A DNA stretch of 64,000 nucleotides from Limisphaerales bacterium (lineage in GTDB: Bacteria; Verrucomicrobiota; Verrucomicrobiia; Limisphaerales; AAA164-E04), in assembly GCA_965203425.1 (NCBI GenBank), contig OZ241891.1:809310-873309 (forward strand). Reading direction: 5' to 3'. A program made the position numbers and the translations under genes. Under the pieces are notes generated by a model. It had not been told where the DNA came from, did not search any database, and saw only the letters and a list, made by a program, of their open reading frames with translations. Of this stretch, positions 53,592-63,248 are shown piece after piece (positions within the stretch are counted from its first letter, which is position 1; each line of letters opens with the position of its first letter).

Positions 53592-53941
53592 AAAAAGCAA
53601 CCCAAAGGAGAAAAACACCGCTCGACCAAAGAAGGAAATCTCCCAACCTCTTGCGCCCTGTCCGAATCGTCCCAACTGCGTTTGCAGCCGGGAAGACTCC
53701 TCCTCTCCCCGCCACCGCATCGAGACCCCCCTCACCGTGAAAGAGGATCAGCCATATGCCCAGCAAAATTGGAATTCTCACCTTTGCCGTCACACCGCAC
53801 CGACAAAGACTGGAAAAACAGCGGAAACAACGCGTCGATGAAGAAGAACTGCTGGATGAATCTGTTAGATTGGCGGAGAAATACGGCATGCTTGATTGTG
53901 GCGGTTCGAAACTTGCCAAATTTGCGTTTTTGGAATCAAAG

Positions 53942-54899
53942 ATGAAATCAATGAAATTTTGGAAACTGATGATTGCGCTGGCTGCCGCATGCTTTGCCGG
54001 CGGACTCTGGCAAACAACGGCGCAGGAAACGCTTACGATTGAATACACCCTAGAAGGTGTCGAAGGCGTCCGCCATGAGTTGCAGGTAGATGCCGATGAA
54101 AAAGTTTTGAAATTTGAAAACATCCCCCTTACCAGCCTAACTTTGCCCGAAGGATTGACGAGATTAAGCGTGTTGAAAGTCGATTTTGGTTTTCGAGGAG
54201 GTAACATGACGAACCTAACCTTGCCTGAAGGTTTGAGGAGTTTAGAAATCTTGGGTTTATGGCGTTGCGGATTGACGAACCTAACCTTGCCCAAGGGATT
54301 GGTGCAGATGAGGGATTTGCGTATTGCCACGCGATACGACACTCCTCTGACAAGCCTGAAACTTCCTGAAGATTTTGGAAAAAATGTAAAGTACCCTTTC
54401 AGAATTGGGTTGCAATTGGCTTCCTCTATTGAGCGATTGTCTATGCATAAAAATATGAGGGAGTTTTGGCTAAGAAAGAGTGGTGAAGAACTTGAAGAAC
54501 TTGACTTTCCGTCTGCGAGGGAATTAATAAGAAACCGAAAGCCTGACAGTTGATGGTGTTTTCAGAATTCAGTCTAGACATAGCCTTATTTCTGGGGGAA
54601 AGATTGTGGTTGGCAGTGACGGCGTTTATAGAATTGAGTCTCGCTATCCTCTTTTGGTGGAAGTTTATGGATTTCAGCCAACATTCACAATAACCCGCAA
54701 AGCAGACGGCGTCGAGATTGGTTGGGAGGCGGGGATACTTCAAAGATCGCTACTCATAGACGGCCCTTGGAGAGACGTCGAATCTGGCGGAACAGAGCGC
54801 AGGCTCTTTTTCGGCCTTCTCATCCTTACGAGTTTTTTCGGGTCAAACCCGTCAGTGAGTGATTTTGAGATTGACAGAAAAGAAAATTGGAGAAATTGA
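53942..54899 (+). pseudogene. Secreted LRR protein (LTxLTLPEGL repeats) with two frameshifts
   Basis: Signal MKFWKLMIALAAACFAGG; +1 T at ~54551 creates TGA; T5 at 54807-54811 disconnects the RPSHPYEFFRVKPVSE* terminus. Confidence 0.8.
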
Positions 54900-55343
54900 A
54901 TGATACATCATCAAGTTGATTGTGAGAAATGCGGCAGCTTAATGGCCGAGTTAATCGACAAGGAAAGCACGAATCTTCGTTCCGCGAAGGAGGTTGCGGT
55001 GGATCACTTTATGCAGTGCCGACACAAAACCACCTTTGATCTTGTTGATTCTAGGATGGATTCAAATAATTGTCCGATTATTTGGACGATTAGTTTAGCG
55101 AGTCCTTCCCCAATCGAAGAAGGAAAGAAGTTCATGCGTATTGAAGTACAGTTCAGGATGCTATTCAGGCAGGAAGTACCACGCTACGGATTGCAGAGAA
55201 AGAGAATAGAAATGCAGAGTGAGGAAAAGTTCCGTTCTAAAATTCTAAACACTTGGATAGAACTTGGGGAAAAGTTGCTTTCTGATGTTCCTCCAGACGT
55301 TCCGGAAGAAATTGCACGTCATTTGAAAAGGAAGAAAGAGTAA
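54900..55343 (+). CDS. Hypothetical protein with possible Zn-binding motif
   Basis: 147-aa lower-GC ORF; CEKC...H...C.H. Confidence 0.6.
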   Translation: MIHHQVDCEKCGSLMAELIDKESTNLRSAKEVAVDHFMQCRHKTTFDLVDSRMDSNNCPIIWTISLASPSPIEEGKKFMRIEVQFRMLFRQEVPRYGLQRKRIEMQSEEKFRSKILNTWIELGEKLLSDVPPDVPEEIARHLKRKKE

Positions 55344-55422
55344 AAGAGAGACAATATCGCTGGACTAGCAACCAATCTTTGTAATGCTTAGCATCGCTTT
55401 GGAAATCCATTGTCTTCCTGTT

Positions 55423-55728
55423 TCATTGGCTCTTTTCGTCTTTTGGCTTGTTGGGCGATTCGAGTGCTTTTCGTAGTTCGGCGATGTCGTTTCGGAGTGG
55501 GACGAGTTCTTCTCTTATCATTTTCCGTGTGTTCTTTTCGAATTTGGCGTCGAGGTAGAGCGTTATTCCTGACAGGCTAATCCAGACGGCGATTGCGATG
55601 TTGACGGCGAATGTGATTTCCATTCGTTGAATTCTGGCTCGCAGTCCACCCCCTTTTGTCAGAGCTCCACCGATGGCTTCTTTGATTTCGGCGATGTCTT
55701 TACTGGTTGTTTCCGTTTCCGTTTTCAT
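55423..55728 (-). CDS. Small coiled-coil/TM protein
   Basis: DIAEIKEAI...GGGLRARIQRME + TM + coiled coil; architecture like 44722..44967. Confidence 0.65.
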   Translation of the reverse strand: MKTETETTSKDIAEIKEAIGGALTKGGGLRARIQRMEITFAVNIAIAVWISLSGITLYLDAKFEKNTRKMIREELVPLRNDIAELRKALESPNKPKDEKSQ

Positions 55729-55943
55729 TTTTTTCTCGTCTCATTTCAAATCGTGCGGAGGTTGCTTTCCTTCCGCTTCATTGATTGATCGTCTTCGACT
55801 TACTCATTTTCCGATTTGGCGTCTTTTGTTTTTTGATTCGTTTGAGGAGGATTTTATAGAAGGCTTTGGCAGCAGCTCGGGTGTAGAGTTGCGCTGTCAA
55901 GGGTTGGTATTCGGGTTTGTTGGCGTAGCCGTGTAATCTCTTT

Positions 55944-57275
55944 TTATTGGCCGGCAGGGCGGCGCGGCTGAGGGCGGAAGGATTCCCATTGTTCCGCGCT
56001 GATTTCTTGGGCTTGGTGTTGGTGAACAAAGACACCTTTTTTGTTACCGACGATGACTTCGAGAAAGCCATCCGCGTTTAAGTCTTTAGCTAACACTTGA
56101 GTGCCGACGCCGGAGTCATCGTCAATAAGAAAGGGGATGAAGTCCACAGCGCCTTGGCGACGGTCGAGTTTGAACCAATACAAAACGGCGGGGGCGTTGG
56201 GCTCGGCGTCTGCTCTTGGCCCGTGCGCCCAAAAGCGTTTTCCGGTGATGATGTCTTTGAGACCGTCTTGATCTATATCGGCCAAGTATAAGGCGTGCAG
56301 TTGGGAAAATTTAACTCCGTAGCGGTTTTCCTCCGGTTCTTTGTTCATAAAAACGCGGGCTTGGAATTGAATGGATCCATCTTGCTGAATGTTTTCATAC
56401 CAAGCCAGGCCATAGCCGTGAGCGGCGAGGCTGGTAATGACGTCGTTGTCTCCATCCCCGTCTACATCGTAGGCATACATTTGCGCGCCGCCGCCGGGAC
56501 TAAAATCCACCGGATGAAACCGCCAAGCCGGGTCTCCGGCCAAAGAAGGCGGTTGTTCCCACCAACCGTTCTTTTCGAGAATGTCCCGCCGTCCGTCACC
56601 ATTGACGTCGCCAACGCCCATGCCGTGCGTAAAGCGTTGCCATGAGCCTTTGGGCGTCACCGGGCGGAACGGCCATGGTTTCGTCGGCTCGTCCCAATCC
56701 GGCGCGGCAAATCCGAAGTAACCGCCTGAGTTGCACACAATCTCCGGCCGTCCGTCTCCGGTCAAATCGGTAAAATGCGGGGATTCATTGTCGGTGACGG
56801 CAAGGGCAACATGCGCCTTCCAAAAGCGCTCGGCGCCGCGGGGATTCTCATACCAAATGGTTTCTTTTCCGGGAAATCCAAAAACCAAAACGTCGTCCCA
56901 TCCGTCTCCGTTAAAGTCAAAAACAAAGATCAGAAAGTTGTTGGAGTAAGCGTTTCTCCCGCTCAATGCGCCGGGATAGCCGGGGATGATTTTGGCAGAG
57001 CCCGCCGCTTGTTTCAAAAGAAAGGACTCTCCATCCGGATAGTAAGTATGCCGCTTAAGAAAATCAGGCCCCTCCCACCAATACGGACCGGAAACCACGT
57101 CCAGAACGCCATCGCGGTTAAAGTCACCGACGCTTGCGCCCTCACTCCAAAACTGATCGCTCAACTGAATCTTATGGAAAACATGGCGATAATGAGCGGC
57201 CTGGCCGCTTACCCCGTGCCAAAAAACAACAAGGAAAAACAAAAACTCGGTAAAACGGAACATCCCCTTAATCAT
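55944..57275 (-). CDS. FG-GAP/VCBS repeat secreted protein
   Basis: Repeated D(F/V/L)NGDG..D(V/I)(L/I) motifs; signal peptide. Confidence 0.9.
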   Translation of the reverse strand: MIKGMFRFTEFLFFLVVFWHGVSGQAAHYRHVFHKIQLSDQFWSEGASVGDFNRDGVLDVVSGPYWWEGPDFLKRHTYYPDGESFLLKQAAGSAKIIPGYPGALSGRNAYSNNFLIFVFDFNGDGWDDVLVFGFPGKETIWYENPRGAERFWKAHVALAVTDNESPHFTDLTGDGRPEIVCNSGGYFGFAAPDWDEPTKPWPFRPVTPKGSWQRFTHGMGVGDVNGDGRRDILEKNGWWEQPPSLAGDPAWRFHPVDFSPGGGAQMYAYDVDGDGDNDVITSLAAHGYGLAWYENIQQDGSIQFQARVFMNKEPEENRYGVKFSQLHALYLADIDQDGLKDIITGKRFWAHGPRADAEPNAPAVLYWFKLDRRQGAVDFIPFLIDDDSGVGTQVLAKDLNADGFLEVIVGNKKGVFVHQHQAQEISAEQWESFRPQPRRPAGQ

Positions 57276-58473
57276 CCTAAAATATTTCCATTAGTCAATC
57301 GAGAATTACGATGGCGGCAAATTTTCCATTTTCTCATCTTCGGCTTCCGAAAAAAGCGCAAATTCACGCCAACCAACCAATCCAAACAAATCCCGACAAT
57401 CTTCTCCTTCACATAAAAGAAAACACCGCAAAATTCCTTTCCCGTCGCCATACCAGCCGATGCTCTTTGACTAATCCGATACTAATCTATCTCAAAACCC
57501 TCATCCAACCGCCAACAAAACAAACAAAAACCTAGAATCCCCAAACCAAAGCCAGCAAACCGCGCGGACACCCGGCTTGGACGCAACCATCCACCAAGCG
57601 AATCCTACTCCCCCATTCGCCCTAGAAAAAAGAAATCACCCCCCTCCCCAACAAACGCCAACCGCTAATCCCATAGACAAATCTTCCCTCCATTCCTCAT
57701 CCCTAATCCTTAATCGACCATCTTCATTCAGCGAATTCCACCTTTGCCTCCCGGCCACCAACCACCGCAGAAGAGAGAAAAGCCAACTCCTCCTCACTCC
57801 CCCAAACAAAAACTTGAGAATGCGCAGATCGCAAACAGTTCCGGCACAATCTCTCGCCCTCTGCTCGCTAATCCCGCATCTCGAATCCATGCACCGCTTA
57901 GCCATCACCTCACAAAACTCCCTTGCCCGCATCGGCAAAGCGGCCCTTTCTTTGCCGACCGCAAGGCGGAGGATTGCGCTTTTGGGGGGATGCGTTGTTG
58001 GGCGGTGGCTTCCGTGTCATTCTGAATTCCAAAGTCTCCGCTTCCAAACAAAACAATCCTCTTTTTGCTCTGGCCAGCCAGCCAGCCAAACTTGCATCCC
58101 CGAAACTTCCTCCCCCGCAACGACAAAGAGGCCATTCTTCGCCAAGCGCAAGACAAAGGAGGATTTTCTCCCTCTTGGATTTCCTTTTGACCATGCTTTT
58201 GGACGAAGGCAACAGCCAGCGGCCGCTGTCCGCAAGGAGGGATTCTCGTCATCAGCAAAGCGCTTTTTCTCTCGTTCTTGTCATCTCCAACGAACTTTTC
58301 TTCATTTTTTCTTCATTTTTTCCTCTTTTTTGTGATTTTCTGCTTGACGCGAGGGGAATGAGAGCGTATTTGTTATTCAAATTGCATTGCGAATTAGGTT
58401 GCATTGCGGATTCGTTTGTGGGAAAGTCAGTTTGTTTTTACGGTGATTTGATTATTTTTTATTATTTTTTGTT

Positions 58474-59358
58474 ATGAAAGAACAAAAACATTTGAACGGT
58501 AGGAAGGCGAATTTGTCAAAATTCGGGCATCGGGCATCGGGCATCGGGCATCGGGCATCGGGCATCGGGCATCGGGCATCGGGCATCGGGCATAAGTCTG
58601 CTCTTTTAGCGGCGTTGATAGTGTCGGCGCTCTCTTTGGTTTCTTTGGAGCAAAGTCAAGCCCAGCTTCTTCTCACCATCAATCCCCTCCAAGGCGATAC
58701 CAACAACACAACCGTCTGGTCTTTCTCTGGCAGCTCCACCGCCTCCCAAACCAGCAACATCTCGGCCTCATCGGCAACATCCTTCGGCAGCAGAGGAAGC
58801 ATTAGCCCTTACGACGCGGTGGCCAATTTAGTGAACCTTCCCAGTGGCGGCACGCAATTCCTCACCTCAAGCGCGCCATCCCGATACTCAAGCTCGGGAA
58901 GTTACCATTCCTTGACGGCCAACTCCGCCAACCGGCCGCAGGTCGCCACGCCTTCCGGCACTAGAACCATCAGCCATATCTACTTGGTTAATGATTTCCA
59001 GTTGGATACGGTGGGCATTCGAGTCTCCGGAACAACTCCGCTCAGCTACACCAATGGAGCCTCTGTTTCTTGGACTGGGCAAGGCACCATGCCTTATCCT
59101 ATCGGCGACTTCAGTGTTACCGCCGCCAACCAGTATTATTACAACTTCCGATTCGGCCCTTATTTTGCGACGGCCGGCACTTTGGGGACGCCGAGTTCTG
59201 GCGGCTTTCGGATAATGGTTTCCAGCATGCCAAAGGCTTTGGTCCCAGAACCAGAGGAATATGCATTTGTGTTAGGTTTGTTTGCCTTGGCTTTTGTCAT
59301 TCTCCGCCGCCACCTCCAAAAGAAACAACGCCAAACCCAAGCCACCCCAACTTCGTAG
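58474..59358 (+). CDS. PEP-CTERM surface protein with heptamer repeat in leader
   Basis: Signal ...SQAQ; Ser/Thr-rich body; VPEPEEYAFVLGLFALAFVILRRH. Confidence 0.92.
   Translation: MKEQKHLNGRKANLSKFGHRASGIGHRASGIGHRASGIGHKSALLAALIVSALSLVSLEQSQAQLLLTINPLQGDTNNTTVWSFSGSSTASQTSNISASSATSFGSRGSISPYDAVANLVNLPSGGTQFLTSSAPSRYSSSGSYHSLTANSANRPQVATPSGTRTISHIYLVNDFQLDTVGIRVSGTTPLSYTNGASVSWTGQGTMPYPIGDFSVTAANQYYYNFRFGPYFATAGTLGTPSSGGFRIMVSSMPKALVPEPEEYAFVLGLFALAFVILRRHLQKKQRQTQATPTS
58523..58592 (+). repeat. (TCGGGCA)x10 perfect tandem repeat inside coding leader
   Basis: Counted directly: 10 units, 70 bp. Confidence 0.97.
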
Positions 59359-59684
59359 CTGTTGTCAAAAGTCGGCGATTTGCGATTTTTTTGAGGTTCG
59401 CAACCGGAGATTGTTGTCGGCAAACCAGCGGCTAGCAGGGGATGGAGGCTTCGTGCGGGCCTTGTTGCCGGCTAGTCCTTCCGCAGTTCTAAAAGCAACT
59501 TCGCTTTCATTTTTTGGAAGCGATGTTTTTGTTCGGCTCCGAATCACGGGGAGGGGATTTTTATTTTGCGGTCGTTGGGAAGGGCCGGGCCGGGCGTGCT
59601 GCGGCCTTGGTCGACATAGTTTTGCAAGAGCCGAAGGAGAGAGCGGGCTTTTTGCGGCGATTTAGGGCATTGTTGAGTTGAAGT

Positions 59685-60143
59685 ATGAAAAAGATTTACA
59701 TCGCGAGTCCGTTGGGGTTTGCGGAATCCACGATGGATTTTCACAAATCCAAAATCATTCCCGCCGTTGCAAGTTGCGGCGTTGAGGTTCTGGATCCTTG
59801 GATGCTTCCGCCATTCCCGCCGTCTTTGAATGCGTCCTTGGAAGAATGGCGGGATTTTTGCGCGGCGAAGGGCGCGGCGAACCTGCGATCGATTGACGAT
59901 TCGGACGGCGTGTTTGCCGTGTTGGACGGCGTGGACGTGGACAGCGGCACGGCGAGCGAGATTGGCTATGCGTTTGCCAAGGGCAAGCGGATTATGGGGT
60001 ATCGGAACGACTTTCGGCGAGCCGGCGACACGATGGCGAGCGTTGTCAATCTTCAAGTGGAGTTTTTTATTAGGAAAGGCGGCGGCGACATTATCCGAAG
60101 CCTTGACTGTATGGACGCCGCTATGGAAAAATTACTGGATTGA
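59685..60143 (+). CDS. Nucleoside 2-deoxyribosyltransferase family protein
   Basis: KIYIASPLGF, DGVDVDSGTASEIGYA.A.GK, NLQVE. Confidence 0.9.
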   Translation: MKKIYIASPLGFAESTMDFHKSKIIPAVASCGVEVLDPWMLPPFPPSLNASLEEWRDFCAAKGAANLRSIDDSDGVFAVLDGVDVDSGTASEIGYAFAKGKRIMGYRNDFRRAGDTMASVVNLQVEFFIRKGGGDIIRSLDCMDAAMEKLLD

Positions 60144-60192
60144 ATTGATGAGAGGCCTTGCGTTTTCCGCTGTTGTCTTTTTTATTTGAGCC

Positions 60193-61197
60193 GTGACAGA
60201 AAATTCTCTTCCTCTTCGTGTGGCCGTCACCGGCGCGGCTGGTCAAATTGGCTACTCCCTTTTGTTCCGAATTGCCTCCGGCCAAATGTTTGGCGACCAA
60301 CGGCCTGTGCGCTTGCATCTGATTGAAATTGAGCCGGCTATGCGCGCTTTGGAAGGCGTTCTTATGGAGTTGGAAGACTGCGCTTTTCCTCTCCTCAAAG
60401 ACATAGAGTCCACTTCGAATTTGGACGCAGGCTTTGACGGAGTGAATTGGGCGATCCTAGTCGGCAGCGTGCCGCGCAAAGCCGGCATGGAACGCAAAGA
60501 CCTCCTTGGAATCAACGGCAAAATTTTTGTGGAGCAAGGCCGCGCCCTTCAGAAAAATGCGGACGACAATGTCCGAACGCTCGTTGTCGGCAATCCTTGC
60601 AACACCAACTGCTTAATCGCCGCCGCCAACGCGCCGGAAGTTCCCCAAAACCGTTGGTTTGCCATGACCCGGCTGGACGAAAATCGAGCCAAGTCTCAAC
60701 TCGCCCGCAAAGCGTCCGCAGAAGTGGCGACCGTAAGCCGTCTAGCCGTTTGGGGCAATCATTCCGCCACGCAGTATCCCGACTTTGCCAACGCCAAAAT
60801 CGACGGACAGCCGGCGGTCTCCATCATCAACGACGACCAATGGCTTCAAGGCGACTTTATCCGGACCGTGCAACAACGAGGCGCCGCCGTCATCCAAGCC
60901 CGCGGCTCTTCCAGTGCCGCCAGCGCCGCCAATGCAATCGTGGACACCGTCCATTCCCTCCTTCATCAGACGCCCAACGACGAATGGCACAGCCTCTGCC
61001 TTGCTTCCAACGGAGAATACGGCGTTCCCAAAGGCCTCGTCTGCTCCTTTCCCGTTCGCGTCCAAAACGCTGGAGGCGAGCCGCAAGTCGTGGAAAACCT
61101 GCCGCTCAACGCATTTAGCCGAGAGAAAATTGGCCTCTCCGTCAACGAACTGAAGGAAGAAAAAGAGGCCGTCCTCGAACATTTGCCCAAAACGTGA
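60193..61197 (+). CDS. mdh: Malate dehydrogenase
   Basis: [37 protein letters not shown]. Confidence 0.97.
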   Translation: MTENSLPLRVAVTGAAGQIGYSLLFRIASGQMFGDQRPVRLHLIEIEPAMRALEGVLMELEDCAFPLLKDIESTSNLDAGFDGVNWAILVGSVPRKAGMERKDLLGINGKIFVEQGRALQKNADDNVRTLVVGNPCNTNCLIAAANAPEVPQNRWFAMTRLDENRAKSQLARKASAEVATVSRLAVWGNHSATQYPDFANAKIDGQPAVSIINDDQWLQGDFIRTVQQRGAAVIQARGSSSAASAANAIVDTVHSLLHQTPNDEWHSLCLASNGEYGVPKGLVCSFPVRVQNAGGEPQVVENLPLNAFSREKIGLSVNELKEEKEAVLEHLPKT

Positions 61198-61228
61198 ACC
61201 AACTAAAAACACGTTCAAACCAACAAAC

Positions 61229-62713
61229 ATGAAGACAAGGAAAGTAACCACAAAACTATTGCTATCGCCGGACAACGATCCCTCTATGGCGCAACCGCCA
61301 AACTGGAAAAACCAAACCGTTCTAATAGGCGACAACATTGACATCATGCGAGCGATGAACTCGCAAACCTCAGACCTAATCGCAACCGATCCCCCATTCA
61401 ATAAACATAAGAAATTCGACCACATATTCGGCGGGAAAAAGGAATTTGGTTTCGATGACGCCTGGACTTTGCACGCCGAAAGAAACGAAGAGCATAAACT
61501 TCTGGAAAGCGATCACAACGACTTATACGAAGTCTGCAAAATAGGAGGGAAACTCCACTCCAAAGGAATGCTCGGCTACCTTGTATTCATGGGCGTCCGA
61601 CTCATTGAATGCAAAAGAATTCTAAAAGAAACAGGAAGCATCTACTTACATTGCGACCACTCGGCAAATACTTACCTGAGATTGCTGATGGACGGCATCT
61701 TCGGCCAACATAACTTCCGCAACGAAATCATCTGGCACTATGGAAAGACTTCTAACGCGGCGGCAAAGAAGTTTTTGCGCGGCCACGATACCATTCTTTT
61801 CTACGCCAAAAACGCCGAGTTGGCAACTTACAATTCGCAATTCGAAACTAGACTATCCATACGCAAACAGCAGTTAGTCGATTCTGGATACAACACGAAA
61901 AACATGAACGGGCATAGGTATCTCTACATTTACGATGAGGAAAAAGTGGACGCAAAAGTAAAGTCTGGGAAAATCAAAATAAGTGAATTTGACATCATCA
62001 GGCGTGTGGATACGACGAGAGGAAACGCTCTCACGACGGTTTGGGAAATAGATCATCTCAATTCGCAATCCAAAGAAAAATCTGGTTGGGCGACACAGAA
62101 ACCCATCGCGCTTTACTCTCGAATTATTTTGGCAAGCACCAATCCTGGCGACGTCGTCTTTGATCCGTTTTGCGGATGCGCAACTACTCTGGTTGCCGCC
62201 GAAAACGCCGGCCGGCAATGGATTGGCATTGACCGACATCCCGAAGCGGAAAAACAAGTCGTCCAACAACTCAATAAACTCAACAAGGGAACGGAAACCG
62301 AGACGCAAAACGAACTGGGGAAAGATTGGGGAAGAAGAGTAATCATAATTAACACTTACGAAAAAGATAAAGACGGAAAAGTAAAGAAAGATAAGAACGG
62401 GAAGTTTATATCTCTAAAACAGCTGCCCATCGCGCGAACCGATCTGGCCGCAACAATACCCTACAAAAAACATTTTAACGACCTATACACCAATCAGAAC
62501 GGCATATGTAAAGGATGCGGAAGACACGTCGATAAACATATCGCGCACATAGACCACAAAGTTCCCCGAACAAAAGGCGGACAAGATCACTTCGGCAACT
62601 TGCAAATCTTATGCTCCGGTTGTAATACGCTCAAAGGAAATAGAACCATGGCGTGGCTAATGAAAACGCTCAAAGAAAGGGGACTCATGGTTAATCAAAG
62701 CAACGCCTATTAA
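61229..62713 (+). CDS. N6A/N4C DNA methyltransferase fused to a C-terminal HNH domain
   Basis: DPPF (motif IV) precedes TQKP and DPFCGCATT (motif I); CKGC...HIDHKVP..KGG.....NLQILCSGCN. Confidence 0.92.
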   Translation: MKTRKVTTKLLLSPDNDPSMAQPPNWKNQTVLIGDNIDIMRAMNSQTSDLIATDPPFNKHKKFDHIFGGKKEFGFDDAWTLHAERNEEHKLLESDHNDLYEVCKIGGKLHSKGMLGYLVFMGVRLIECKRILKETGSIYLHCDHSANTYLRLLMDGIFGQHNFRNEIIWHYGKTSNAAAKKFLRGHDTILFYAKNAELATYNSQFETRLSIRKQQLVDSGYNTKNMNGHRYLYIYDEEKVDAKVKSGKIKISEFDIIRRVDTTRGNALTTVWEIDHLNSQSKEKSGWATQKPIALYSRIILASTNPGDVVFDPFCGCATTLVAAENAGRQWIGIDRHPEAEKQVVQQLNKLNKGTETETQNELGKDWGRRVIIINTYEKDKDGKVKKDKNGKFISLKQLPIARTDLAATIPYKKHFNDLYTNQNGICKGCGRHVDKHIAHIDHKVPRTKGGQDHFGNLQILCSGCNTLKGNRTMAWLMKTLKERGLMVNQSNAY

Positions 62714-63184
62714 AAGGCGGCCGAATCTCGCTTGGACTTTTTTGAGTTGGAGGCGGTTGTCGGGGTTCTGTTTTTGGTTTGGCGCGAAGGGATTCGCTTG
62801 TTGATTGGATTTGTTTAATAAGGGGCGGGGAAGATGAAGATTGAGTCGGTTTTTTCCACCGCCCGATGTGCGCCGCTTTTTTTGCTTAAACGGCATGCTT
62901 GTTGTTGTTAGGATTGGCTTTGCCGTCGGCGTCGTGAGGCGGGAGATGGGGTTTTATGTGTTTTCTCTTATTCTTCCGCTTGGTTTCATTCACGGCGCCG
63001 GCGGCTTTTCTTCCGCCGGTTTTGAAATGCGCCGATTTTTTGCTTGGCTTTTGATTTATGGACGGACACCGTCGCCGTCTTCGAGGAAGCGAAAGCGGGG
63101 TTGGTTTTCTGGTTTGTTGATCTCGATTTGGCGATGAAGGTTGGGGAATCTTGTTTTTGGACGCAAAATTCTTTTGAATTGGGA

Positions 63185-63213
63185 TTGACTTTGCCGGCGC
63201 GCGGGGTTATTTT
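63185..63213 (+). promoter_or_regulatory. Putative sigma70 promoter for the PEP-CTERM gene
   Basis: TTGACT-N17-TATTTT, 35 nt upstream of ATG 63249. Confidence 0.4.
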
Positions 63214-63248
63214 TCATTTTTTAAACGGCAAATAATTTGCGATTTTTT

